Of a stretch of 64,000 nucleotides of DNA, positions 10,268 through 18,496 are shown one piece after another. The DNA is from Candidatus Omnitrophota bacterium (lineage in GTDB: Bacteria; Omnitrophota; Gorgyraeia; Zapsychrales; Zapsychraceae). Location: NCBI GenBank assembly GCA_020429915.1, contig JAGQKV010000020.1, positions 1,673-65,672 on the forward strand, read 5' to 3'. The notes beneath the pieces are model-generated. The model had not been told where the DNA came from, made no database searches, and was given only the letters and a program-made list of their open reading frames with translations. How positions within the stretch are numbered: position 1 is the first letter of the stretch; each line of letters begins with the position of its first letter. Made by a program: the position numbers and the translations under genes.

Positions 10268-10300
10268 AGAAGGCCGAGGGTTCGACTCCTTCATCGCCCA
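10268..10300 (+). other. tRNA/tmRNA 3'-end-like fragment (T-arm GAGGG-TTCGACT-CCTTC plus acceptor-like strand). Candidate att site remnant
   Basis: Canonical GGTTCGAnTCC T-loop motif followed by a 7-nt acceptor-like strand. No acceptable D or anticodon arm can be folded upstream, so this is not an intact tRNA gene. Confidence 0.4.
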
Positions 10301-10326
10301 TGGATTTTTGACGAAGTCAAAAATCT

Positions 10327-10371
10327 AGGTCGGTCAACCGATGGTTCTGTGGTTGACCGACCCCTTTTTTT
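10327..10371 (+). terminator. Rho-independent terminator (12-bp stem GGTCGGTCAACC/GGTTGACCGACC plus T7)
   Basis: Perfect stem-loop followed by CCTTTTTTT. Confidence 0.6.
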
Positions 10372-10395
10372 GCCTCCCGCGAAGCGGGAAAATCA

Positions 10396-10436
10396 AGCCC
10401 GTCAACCGAACGCTCCTACGGTTGACGGGCTTTTTT
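10396..10436 (+). terminator. Second rho-independent terminator (stem GCCCGTCAACCG/CGGTTGACGGGC plus T6) sharing core GTCAACC with the first
   Basis: Perfect 12-bp stem, T-tract. A small hairpin CCCGCGAAGCGGG lies between the two. Confidence 0.6.
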
Positions 10437-10533
10437 ATTGGAAGTTCGTATGAAGTGTTGACCAAATTTTACGAAGATTCATCACAAACTTCCTATGCAA
10501 GGCTAAAAAAGTTAATGTACGATGGAAGAAAAT

Positions 10534-10595
10534 CGGACAAAAAAAGAAACCGGACAAGAAAAAAATCCGGGCAAGGACAAGTATCTGGACATGCC
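10534..10595 (+). repeat. Tandem ~17-nt direct repeats CGGACAA(A/G)AAAAA(G/A)A(A/T)(A/T)C followed by degenerate GGACAAG / GGACATG copies
   Basis: Two near-identical units back to back, then two further GGACA(A/T)G half-units. In the 5' leader of the Sel1-FGE gene. Confidence 0.35.
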
Positions 10596-10669
10596 AAACG
10601 CCTGAAGTCTTTCACTAAAGTTGGCTCAACTAAGGGAGGCAGGTCATTTAATGAAATGAAAGGAACAAA

Positions 10670-12598
10670 ATGCGATATTTTCACGTCATCGTTGTTATTT
10701 GTTTGTTAATGGCGGTCTTATCGAATTCGGCCGTGGCACAAGAAAAATCGGTTAAGCAAATGAAACGGGAAGTAAAGGCCGCCGAACAGAGAGTCGGCGC
10801 ACAGGCATATGCGTTGGCCAAAGATGCCTACGATAAAGGTAACAACGAAGAGGGATTAAAATACTTAAGACAGGCGGCAGATGCCGGGCACGCCGAATCT
10901 CAATACATATTGGGAATGAAATATTATAACGGCGGGCAAATTCCCAAAGATGATCGGCTCTCCTTTGAGTGGACCGAGAAGGCGGCTAAACAAGGCCATG
11001 TCGCCGCGGCGTTTCAAATGTATTCAAAATATATCCGCGGGACCGGCGTTGAAAAAAATGAAAAAAAGGCGCATAAGTATCTCAGGCAATCGATGGAAGG
11101 AGGCAACACGGATGTCAGTGCCAAGTTTCTTCTTGCACAAAATTACTGGTACGGCTGGGGGACCAAGAAAAATCCGCTGCTGGCCGTTAATTGGCTGCGG
11201 CAGGCCGCGGCCGAAGGCCATGCGAATGCGATCAAGATGCTCGAATCCGTGAGCCAGGACGAGATTGTGAAGCAGAGCGTTTTTAAGAGTTGTGATGTCT
11301 GTCCGACGATGGTGACTCTTCCGGAGGGCGCGTTTTTAATGGGTGTGCATGATCCGAATAGCGTTGACTTAAACACCAATAAAAATCTCACAAACCAACC
11401 ACGTCATTTCGTCAATTTACCGCACACTTTTGCGCTCGGTCAAACCGAGGTGACCCATGCGCAATGGAACGCGTGTGTCGGAGATAAAGGCTGCGCGCGA
11501 CCCGTCGACACCACACAGGAGAAGGCCAATCATCCGGTCACCTACGTTAGTTGGAAAGAAGCGCAGGAATATATCGCCTGGATATCCAAAAAAACGAACA
11601 GGCCGTATCGGTTGCCGACGGAGTCCGAATGGGAGTACGCGGCACGCTCCGGTGTCAGCACGGCCTATCCATACGGGATAAGTTTACCCCCGGCACGCGC
11701 TAATTGCAAAGGATGCGGATCTCAATGGGATAATCAATCCACCGCGCCGGTTAAAAGTTTTGCGCCCAATGGATATGGCCTTTATGAGATGCTGGGTAAC
11801 GCGGCCGAATGGACGGACGATTGTGTTAACAAATCATATAAAGGTAAGCCGCCGATGGGGATTTCATGGGCAACGGGATATTGCGAAGAACGAATCCACC
11901 GCGGCGGCGCATGGGATACATCGCCGAAATCATTGCGCGTATATAACCGGGAGTATCAAAAAGTCGGCGATCGCCGTTTGAATTTAGGTTTTCGTCTGGC
12001 CTTGACGCTTAAGGAGTTTCCTAAACGCGCAGAAGCGGCTAAAGCCGCTACGGCGGCGGGCGCTAATCAGGAATCGAAATCAATTACGCAAAAGAAGCCG
12101 TCCTGCAGCGGAAGAAAAGAAATCGACGGATGGAAGTTTTTTTGGACGCACGATTATTTCTATCTCAAGCCCGCTCTCTACGACATAAATGATTACGGCA
12201 TAGGGTATAACAAGAAATATGTCGAGCTGACGATTTCCAGAGGTTCAACGGGCAATTATTTTATGATGTTTAAATTTGGAGGAACGTACCATTTAGGGGA
12301 TATCTATCAACTGTATGTCGATGGGATCAAGGTTTATGTCGGGCAGTGGACAAGTGAAACGTCGGCCGATGGCAAATCCCAACGGGATAATCTGCCGTCT
12401 TTGACGGCCGATGTCATACAAAAAATGGAATCCGGAAAAGTGGCCGAGGTGCGTGCCGTCAAACGCAATTATGACGACACCGAGGTTATTCTGATATCGG
12501 CCAAGTTTTCCTTAACGGATTTTGCAAAACATCATAAGGATATCGATCAACATCGGCAAATAACGGAAATGAAAAAACAGATCGGCGGGTGTCGGTAA
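10670..12598 (+). CDS. Secreted Sel1-repeat protein fused to FGE-sulfatase (SUMF1/EgtB/PvdO-like) domain and a C-terminal domain of unknown function
   Basis: Signal peptide MRYFHVIVVICLLMAVLSNSAVA. Sel1 motifs (AESQYILGMKYYNG, GHVAAAFQMYSKY). FGE-domain motifs (RLPTESEWEYAARSG, GLYEMLGNAAEWTDDC, RGGAWDTS). Confidence 0.75.
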   Translation: MRYFHVIVVICLLMAVLSNSAVAQEKSVKQMKREVKAAEQRVGAQAYALAKDAYDKGNNEEGLKYLRQAADAGHAESQYILGMKYYNGGQIPKDDRLSFEWTEKAAKQGHVAAAFQMYSKYIRGTGVEKNEKKAHKYLRQSMEGGNTDVSAKFLLAQNYWYGWGTKKNPLLAVNWLRQAAAEGHANAIKMLESVSQDEIVKQSVFKSCDVCPTMVTLPEGAFLMGVHDPNSVDLNTNKNLTNQPRHFVNLPHTFALGQTEVTHAQWNACVGDKGCARPVDTTQEKANHPVTYVSWKEAQEYIAWISKKTNRPYRLPTESEWEYAARSGVSTAYPYGISLPPARANCKGCGSQWDNQSTAPVKSFAPNGYGLYEMLGNAAEWTDDCVNKSYKGKPPMGISWATGYCEERIHRGGAWDTSPKSLRVYNREYQKVGDRRLNLGFRLALTLKEFPKRAEAAKAATAAGANQESKSITQKKPSCSGRKEIDGWKFFWTHDYFYLKPALYDINDYGIGYNKKYVELTISRGSTGNYFMMFKFGGTYHLGDIYQLYVDGIKVYVGQWTSETSADGKSQRDNLPSLTADVIQKMESGKVAEVRAVKRNYDDTEVILISAKFSLTDFAKHHKDIDQHRQITEMKKQIGGCR

Positions 12599-12917
12599 CA
12601 CATAGGTGAAAGAACGAGTCTATCATATACTTAGTTCTTGTTGAGAAGAATTCATGCCGAGACTCTTTGAGTGACGTGACGGTAAAGGTATATTCTTCAA
12701 AGAATCAACTTGAGGATGTGTTTCAAATTAAAAAGAGGGATCATCCCTTTTTAGGCATGATGGACATAGGTGCATAAATAGTGGAATGAATAGTATCAAA
12801 ACCGCACAAATCCCCGAAAATAAATACCTTGCGCGATAATCCAATCCCTCCACCATATTTCATAGTATAATACCCCCAAGATTTCCCGGTTAACGCACAT
12901 TAATCCCAACCCCCCAA

Positions 12918-13931
12918 ATGCGCACAACCATGAACAAATTATCCACCGAACTCCTCACCCGCTTCCCGGAACTCAAGTCCCGGGTTGTTGCCGGGGATGA
13001 GGAGTTGCCGTATCAGATGATAAACCATCTCTTCGACTGGGTCCTGGAGGAGATGCGGGCTCAACGATTGGTGGACGTGTCCCCGCGCGTCATCGATTTT
13101 ACGGAATGGTGCGAAGACCAGCCGCCGGGCAAGGATGCCGGGGACGACATCGCCACCGTCTACACCGTCGGATTCTACGAAAAATTGTTCGAACACCCCG
13201 AGACCCGTCCGCTGGTGACCCGGCTGACGACGCGCGAAAACCTGCAGTTGCCGCAGACGCGCGACTATCTCATCGGCGCGGTCGGACAGGAGGCCTACGA
13301 CGCGACCCTGCTCGAGTTCGACAAGCTCCCGCCGTCGGTCAGGGCGCTGTGGACCCGGAACAAGGCCCGCGTCTATCCGCGCCGCCGGTTTTTGCGCTAC
13401 CTCGGATTCGCCGGGCTGATCCTGGTCGCTCTGTGGGTGGTGTTCATGGTGCCCGAGATCAGGGGGTTTCACGCCTTTGTGGCCCTGTTAAACGGTGAGC
13501 CGGTCCCCATCCGGCGGCTGATCGTCACTCGTCCCGAAAACTGGGTCCTGAACGACGACGACTCGCTGAAATACATCGCCGCGCAGCTCAAACGCAAGAG
13601 AAGACAGGAGCCTGTGGAGAAAGACCTTCGCGCGACCGGGACGCTGGTCTTCGGTCCCTGGAAGCGGGTGTCGTACACCGATTATGTCCTTTCACCGGAT
13701 TATGAGTATATGCTCATATTGCATGATGATTTCGGCAATGAAACGTATTACCGGATCCCCGTCAATGAGCAGACCCCGCCGGAGCTGCGCAGCATGGTCT
13801 ATGCCATGGCGGAAGCGGGGCGGATTGCGCGCATTGATGAGGAGCGCCGGGAGGAATTACAGCAACAACAGGAAAAACAGCAAGCGAAAGCCGTCGAACC
13901 CCGCATCAAACTGCCCGGCAGCGGAAATTAA
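12918..13931 (+). CDS. Hypothetical protein with one TM helix (start may be 12930)
   Basis: High-GC codon usage, single hydrophobic segment FLRYLGFAGLILVALWVVFMV. No recognisable motifs. Confidence 0.45.
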   Translation: MRTTMNKLSTELLTRFPELKSRVVAGDEELPYQMINHLFDWVLEEMRAQRLVDVSPRVIDFTEWCEDQPPGKDAGDDIATVYTVGFYEKLFEHPETRPLVTRLTTRENLQLPQTRDYLIGAVGQEAYDATLLEFDKLPPSVRALWTRNKARVYPRRRFLRYLGFAGLILVALWVVFMVPEIRGFHAFVALLNGEPVPIRRLIVTRPENWVLNDDDSLKYIAAQLKRKRRQEPVEKDLRATGTLVFGPWKRVSYTDYVLSPDYEYMLILHDDFGNETYYRIPVNEQTPPELRSMVYAMAEAGRIARIDEERREELQQQQEKQQAKAVEPRIKLPGSGN

Positions 13932-13952
13932 CGGCGCGCCGCAGAATTTACT

Positions 13953-14297
13953 ATGCCCGCTTACATCAAACCCATCAACGCCGATAACTGGAAAGACGTC
14001 ACCGAATTGACGGAATTGTCGGCTTCGGACTCGTGGCAGGATACCTTGCAAAAAGTCCAATCTGGCCTGGCCGCGGCCATCAAGGAATATCATTATCAGG
14101 AAACAGCAGGGACCGCCGGTGATTTTCCCGACAGATATGAACCGGGGCACGCCTTTTGGCCGTGGTTTGACGCCGAGAGGGCCGGTCGATTGTACCGTAT
14201 GATTGATCAGCTGCCGGACAACTATGATCGCGGTATTGCCGAACAGATTGTGTGCGCGGCGCGTGCCGGAGGAGTGGAGTTCGGCGCGGCAGGCTAA
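13953..14297 (+). CDS. Hypothetical protein
   Basis: 114-aa ORF with host-like codon bias. No recognisable motifs. Confidence 0.35.
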   Translation: MPAYIKPINADNWKDVTELTELSASDSWQDTLQKVQSGLAAAIKEYHYQETAGTAGDFPDRYEPGHAFWPWFDAERAGRLYRMIDQLPDNYDRGIAEQIVCAARAGGVEFGAAG

Positions 14298-14399
14298 TCG
14301 TGACCTGGCGGACGTTCTTTGCACAATAATTGTGCAATATATTAGAGTAGACAGTGTAACCGCGCGACGTTCGATCGATCCTGCGCACAGCGTCGGGGG

Positions 14400-14427
14400 C
14401 GGTGACAAATGTTGACAATTGTCACCG
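14400..14427. promoter_or_regulatory. Palindromic operator/enhancer-like site CGGTGACAA-ATGT-TGACAATTGTCA-CCG (perfect 12-bp palindrome TGACAATTGTCA inside)
   Basis: Perfect dyad plus an extra TGACAA half-site, about 190 bp upstream of the sigma54 -24/-12 element. An AT hairpin TTTGTTTAAAAAAATAAACAAA follows at 14428-14449. Confidence 0.35.
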
Positions 14428-14604
14428 TTTGTTTAAAAAAATAAACAAAAATCTTGCGGTAAACGTCGGCCAAATGAAAGCGATCAGGTTGTGGAAAAAG
14501 TTTCTCTGCGATGACGTGTCATAAATTTAGTTTTATCAAACTGTTTTATCTGTGTAAGAAATTATTTCCTTATTATGATAGAAATATTTAAACATAAATT
14601 AAGT

Positions 14605-14620
14605 TGGCACAATCTTTGCT
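14605..14620 (+). promoter_or_regulatory. sigma54 (RpoN) -24/-12 promoter TGGCAC-N5-TTGCT
   Basis: Exact match to the TGGCAC-N5-TTGC consensus, about 140 bp upstream of the PEP-CTERM gene start. Confidence 0.5.
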
Positions 14621-14758
14621 GCTAATATGACTGCCTGCATTTTACGCGTAACATTGCCTTTCTACAATCCACACGTTGACCGATCATCTCACGACCATTG
14701 AGCCCTTCCGGGCTTGCCCATTTTAAAAGTTTTAACTCACCAGCGTGAAAGGAAGACC

Positions 14759-15595
14759 ATGAGAAGATTCACTCCCTTAATGATCCTAACTCTTTTTATC
14801 GGGCTTGTCGGTGTGTCCCCGGCTGCGGCGTTCTCCCTGGCCGGAGGGTACTTCGGGCCTGTCGAGTTCAAGTTGACCGGATTCACCAAGTCCCTGGACA
14901 ACGATCCGGATTCCTCGTTTATGAACGAGACATGGGGAATCTTCCAGATCACCAGTATCACCACACAGGGCGGATCGAACCTGTGGACGGCGGGAACCGA
15001 CGGGGAGTACCTTTACGGGATGTTCTACGGCCTGCAAGACGCCAACGTTATTGTCAACGGTCCGGGCGACGTCACGATCGAGCAGTCGGGCGGATCGTTC
15101 GATTTGTACCTGGCGACCCAATCACCGGCCGATGTCGGCGGAACAGCCTTCTTTCTGAACACGCCGAATGTACGCCGCACGGCGACCGATGAGTATGATT
15201 CGGTAACGAACCTGGCAGGCGCGCAAAACTTTTTCAGCGGGAATTTCGCCCCGGGCATCCTTCCGGGTGACGGCGTGACCACTGTTGTCCAGAACGTTGA
15301 CGCGGCCACGGCGCCGGCCAGCGGTTCCGGGACCGGATACGGCGATATCACACCGGGCAGCGGCCTATATGCCAGTCTGTTCGATTCCAACGGCTACAAC
15401 CCGGACGGGACGCCGCGTGACCTGCTCTTCGACTTCTTCGTCACGCCCACCGATCCGAGCGGTCCGGCTGCCGCCTTTGATCAGCGCATTACCGACCCGG
15501 TTACCGGAGTAGCGGTCGTACCGGAACCGGCCACGGTCCTGCTCCTGAGCGGCGGGTTGTTCGGAGCAGCGTTCAGACGCAAGCGTAACGCGTAA
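14759..15595 (+). CDS. PEP-CTERM domain secreted protein (exosortase substrate)
   Basis: Signal peptide. C-terminal VPEPATVLLLSGGLFGAAFRRKRNA (PEP motif plus TM plus basic tail). RBS GAAAGGAAG before ATG 14759. Confidence 0.8.
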   Translation: MRRFTPLMILTLFIGLVGVSPAAAFSLAGGYFGPVEFKLTGFTKSLDNDPDSSFMNETWGIFQITSITTQGGSNLWTAGTDGEYLYGMFYGLQDANVIVNGPGDVTIEQSGGSFDLYLATQSPADVGGTAFFLNTPNVRRTATDEYDSVTNLAGAQNFFSGNFAPGILPGDGVTTVVQNVDAATAPASGSGTGYGDITPGSGLYASLFDSNGYNPDGTPRDLLFDFFVTPTDPSGPAAAFDQRITDPVTGVAVVPEPATVLLLSGGLFGAAFRRKRNA

Positions 15596-15614
15596 GATTT
15601 TATCTGTCATTCAG

Positions 15615-15652
15615 AAAAGGCATCTCACTTCACCGTGAGATGCCTTTTTTTT
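15615..15652 (+). terminator. Rho-independent terminator
   Basis: AAGGCATCTCAC-TTCACC-GTGAGATGCCTT followed by T8. Confidence 0.7.
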
Positions 15653-15773
15653 GTCCATCCTGTACCGGCCATTGATTGGGACGGAACAGGTCGGAATTCC
15701 GGAAAAATCCCCCCGTTCCCGCGGATCGGCTATATAATATTCTTTTCACGCAATGTCTTAACAGGGGAAGAGC

Positions 15774-16634
15774 ATGTACGAAGAATTATATCTCAGGAAT
15801 GAAGGATATGTTTCCGGCGAATTGCAGTCCCGTATCCGCGCCACACGGGTGCTGATCGCCGGCTGCGGCATCGGCAGCACCATCGCGGAAGCGGCATTAA
15901 GGCTGGGTTTTGAATACCTGACCCTGGCCGACGGTGACACGGTGGAGCTGCACAACCTTAATCGCCAGGCCTATGAAGGCGCGGACGCCGGCAAACTCAA
16001 GGCCGAGGCCCTGGCCGCGCGGCTTTTGCGGATTAATCCTGAGGCCCGCATCACTACGCATGCCGACTGGATCACGGAGGACAATGTCTCCAAGCTGGTT
16101 GCGGGGGCCGATCTGGTGTTTGATACCATCGATTTTCTGGATCTGAAGACGATCTGCGACTTGCACGACGAGGCCTACCGGCAGAAGACACCGATCATCA
16201 GCGCCGTCTCGGCCGGATGGGGGGCTGCCGCCGTTTATTTTCCCGCGACCGGGTCCGGGTCCTGCCTGTTTCGTAAACTCTTCGGACTGCCGGCTACCGG
16301 TTCGGTGGAAAACGCCTCCTACGTGGAACACTTCACGCATTTTATCGACCGTATCCGCACCGACCTTGATCCCCAAGTGGCCGACGCCATGGCCAAGGCC
16401 CTGACCGTGATGGAAGACGGCACCCCGTGCCCGGCCCCGCATGTCTCGGCCGGTTCATTTGCCGTGGCCTCGCTGGCCGTGACCATGGCCGCGCGTCTGT
16501 TGAATTGCGACAAGGTCCTGCCGGCTCCGTACATGATTTCCGCCAATATGGGAAAACTGTGCGCCGAAGGCGGTATCGATCTCACTCCGGAAGGGGACAG
16601 TCCCCAAAAAGGGACAGAGCAGGCCGCACGTTAA
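15774..16634 (+). CDS. ThiF/MoeB/HesA-family E1-like adenylyltransferase (TcdA-like)
   Basis: Rossmann nucleotide-binding motif VLIAGCGIGSTIAEAALRLG...TLADGDTVELHNLNRQ. 286 aa, no rhodanese domain. Confidence 0.7.
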   Translation: MYEELYLRNEGYVSGELQSRIRATRVLIAGCGIGSTIAEAALRLGFEYLTLADGDTVELHNLNRQAYEGADAGKLKAEALAARLLRINPEARITTHADWITEDNVSKLVAGADLVFDTIDFLDLKTICDLHDEAYRQKTPIISAVSAGWGAAAVYFPATGSGSCLFRKLFGLPATGSVENASYVEHFTHFIDRIRTDLDPQVADAMAKALTVMEDGTPCPAPHVSAGSFAVASLAVTMAARLLNCDKVLPAPYMISANMGKLCAEGGIDLTPEGDSPQKGTEQAAR

Positions 16635-16665
16635 GAGACCTGTCCCCCAAAAGGGGACTGTCCCC
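16593..16665. repeat. Cluster of three GC hairpins: GGGGACAGTCCCC, GGGACAG...CTGTCCC, GGGGACTGTCCCC
   Basis: Two near-identical 13-nt palindromes flank a third hairpin built from the same heptamer. Lies at the convergent 3' ends of thiF-like and the OMP gene. Confidence 0.4.
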
Positions 16666-16679
16666 TTCCGACTTCCATT

Positions 16680-17825
16680 TTAAAAGAATAACTGAAACTG
16701 CGCGTAGTACAGGTCCGGCGTGTCGCCGAACTCGCTGCCGTTGTCTCCGAAGTTGATCTGCACGCCGGCGGTGATGTCGGTGTTTTCGGTGAGGTTGTAG
16801 GAGAGTTCGGGATTATACACGGCGCTGTTGCCGTCCCAGTCATAAATGACGTACTGGTTCAGCTCCACGATCGGCGTGATCTTGTATTGCAGCCACAGGC
16901 TGGTGAGGTTTTTCTCAAGCGACAGCAGGCGGCGGTTGGCCTTGAAGTCGGTGAGGAAGGTGGCGGCCGCGTTCTTGTCGACGCCGCCGTTGAAGAGTTG
17001 TTCGATCAGGACATAGGTCTTGTTGGAAAAGCTGTAATCCACCCCGACGCTCGCCCGCAGAAAATTACGGCCGTCATCCTGGTGGTTGTGATTGATCTCC
17101 CCGCGGAATCCCGCCGACTTGATGTACCCGTCAAAGGTGATCCCGGCGATGACCTGTTCCCGGATAATTGCGGTGATCAGCGTCACGTCATAGGTCTTGA
17201 TGGTTCGGTAGACCTTGACCGCGGCCATAAATTCTTCATCATCATCCGAAGGCACCACCACCGCATTCACACCGGACAACGACCCCAGCGCGAAGTTCGC
17301 GTTGATCGCGTCCACACCGACCCGCTCGTTCCGTTCCAGATCGATCGGTCCTACCGTATTGAAGATATCGTTCGGGGAATAAAACCGCATCACCCCCCAG
17401 TCGATGCCCTGTTTGCCCACGGTCACCTGAAAATCCGGGGAATAGTATTTGGCGAAGGCGCGGTAGACGGCGTGGCGCAAATACACGTGATCATTATCCA
17501 CCGACGTCTTGTCGCCGTCCCACACGGAGGTGTTCTGCTGTTCACGCGAACGGATGGCCGCGAAATCCGGCGTGTTGGCGAAGTCATTGCCGATCAGCTC
17601 ATTGTCCAGTGCGATCTGAAAGGACCATGGGTTAACCTCCTTGAACAATTCCACCCGCAGTCGGTTGATCGCTGCATAGATGTCTTCGCCGGTCACCAGC
17701 GACTCGGTGAAGATGCTCAGGTTCTTGTAGTAGCCGCTGATTTCCAGCGGTTTGGATTCGGCCGCGGCGGATCCGGCCGCGACAAGCATCGCCAGCGTCA
17801 CCAAGGAAGCGGTAAGTAATTTCAC
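16680..17825 (-). CDS. Outer-membrane beta-barrel protein
   Basis: Signal peptide MKLLTASLVTLAMLVAAGSAAA. Alternating amphipathic strands. C-terminal aromatic residue (..AQFQLFF). Confidence 0.5.
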   Translation of the reverse strand: MKLLTASLVTLAMLVAAGSAAAESKPLEISGYYKNLSIFTESLVTGEDIYAAINRLRVELFKEVNPWSFQIALDNELIGNDFANTPDFAAIRSREQQNTSVWDGDKTSVDNDHVYLRHAVYRAFAKYYSPDFQVTVGKQGIDWGVMRFYSPNDIFNTVGPIDLERNERVGVDAINANFALGSLSGVNAVVVPSDDDEEFMAAVKVYRTIKTYDVTLITAIIREQVIAGITFDGYIKSAGFRGEINHNHQDDGRNFLRASVGVDYSFSNKTYVLIEQLFNGGVDKNAAATFLTDFKANRRLLSLEKNLTSLWLQYKITPIVELNQYVIYDWDGNSAVYNPELSYNLTENTDITAGVQINFGDNGSEFGDTPDLYYAQFQLFF

Positions 17826-18496
17826 GGGGCGATCCTTCCGTCTTTGAGATTGACCACGCGCGCGACCTTGCCGATCACCATCGGGTCGTGCGTGGAAAAA
17901 ACAAACGTCGTGCCTTTTTCGCGGTTCAGTTCGAGCATCAGATCGAGGAGTTGCTCGGATGTTTTTGAATCCAGATTGGCGGTGGGTTCGTCGGCGAGGA
18001 TCACCGACGGCTCCGATACGATTGCCCGAGCCACGGCCACGCGCTGTTGCTGTCCGCCGCTCATCTGATTCGGAAAGTGATCCAGATATTTCTCCAGCCC
18101 TACGCGGGTGAGCAGGTCCGCGGCGCGGCGGCGGCGTTCAGCCGGGGCAACGCCCTGCAGCAACATAATATACTCCACGTTCTCCAGCGCCGTCAACGTA
18201 TTGATCAGGTTGTAGGCCTGAAAGACAAAACCGATATGATCCTTACGGAACTCCGCCAGTTCGTTCTTGGACATCCCGGTCACTTCCGTATGTCCGAAGT
18301 GAATCGTGCCGGCCGTCGGTGCGTCCAGGCTGCCGATCAGATTGAGCAGGGTGGTCTTGCCTGATCCCGAAGTCCCGGCAATGGCGAGAAATTCCCGCGG
18401 TTCTATCTCGAGGGTGATCCCGCTTAAGGCCGGCGTTTCGATATTTTTGCCCGTGACGTAGACCTTGCTCAGATTGTCGACGCGGATCTTGGACAT
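17822..18496 (-). CDS. ABC transporter ATP-binding protein (LolD/MacB-type)
   Basis: Walker A GTSGSGKTT. Signature LSGGQQQRVAVARA. Walker B ILADEPT. Confidence 0.85.
   Translation of the reverse strand: MSKIRVDNLSKVYVTGKNIETPALSGITLEIEPREFLAIAGTSGSGKTTLLNLIGSLDAPTAGTIHFGHTEVTGMSKNELAEFRKDHIGFVFQAYNLINTLTALENVEYIMLLQGVAPAERRRRAADLLTRVGLEKYLDHFPNQMSGGQQQRVAVARAIVSEPSVILADEPTANLDSKTSEQLLDLMLELNREKGTTFVFSTHDPMVIGKVARVVNLKDGRIAP

Noticed and set aside
10225-10300. Possible intact tRNA gene next to the integrase
   Set aside because: Only the T-arm and an acceptor-like 3' strand are present. Attempts to fold the upstream 45 nt into D and anticodon arms give 3 or more mismatches per stem. Kept as a 3' fragment/att remnant.
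10534-10595. CRISPR array candidate
   Set aside because: Only two full and two half units, no spacer-like unique sequences, A-tract composition. Classified as a simple direct repeat or regulatory array. No CRISPR-like arrays elsewhere in the window.
10341-10709. Listed 122-aa + strand ORF
   Set aside because: Spans the terminator hairpins and the A-tract repeat region. No RBS, atypical composition. Judged non-coding.
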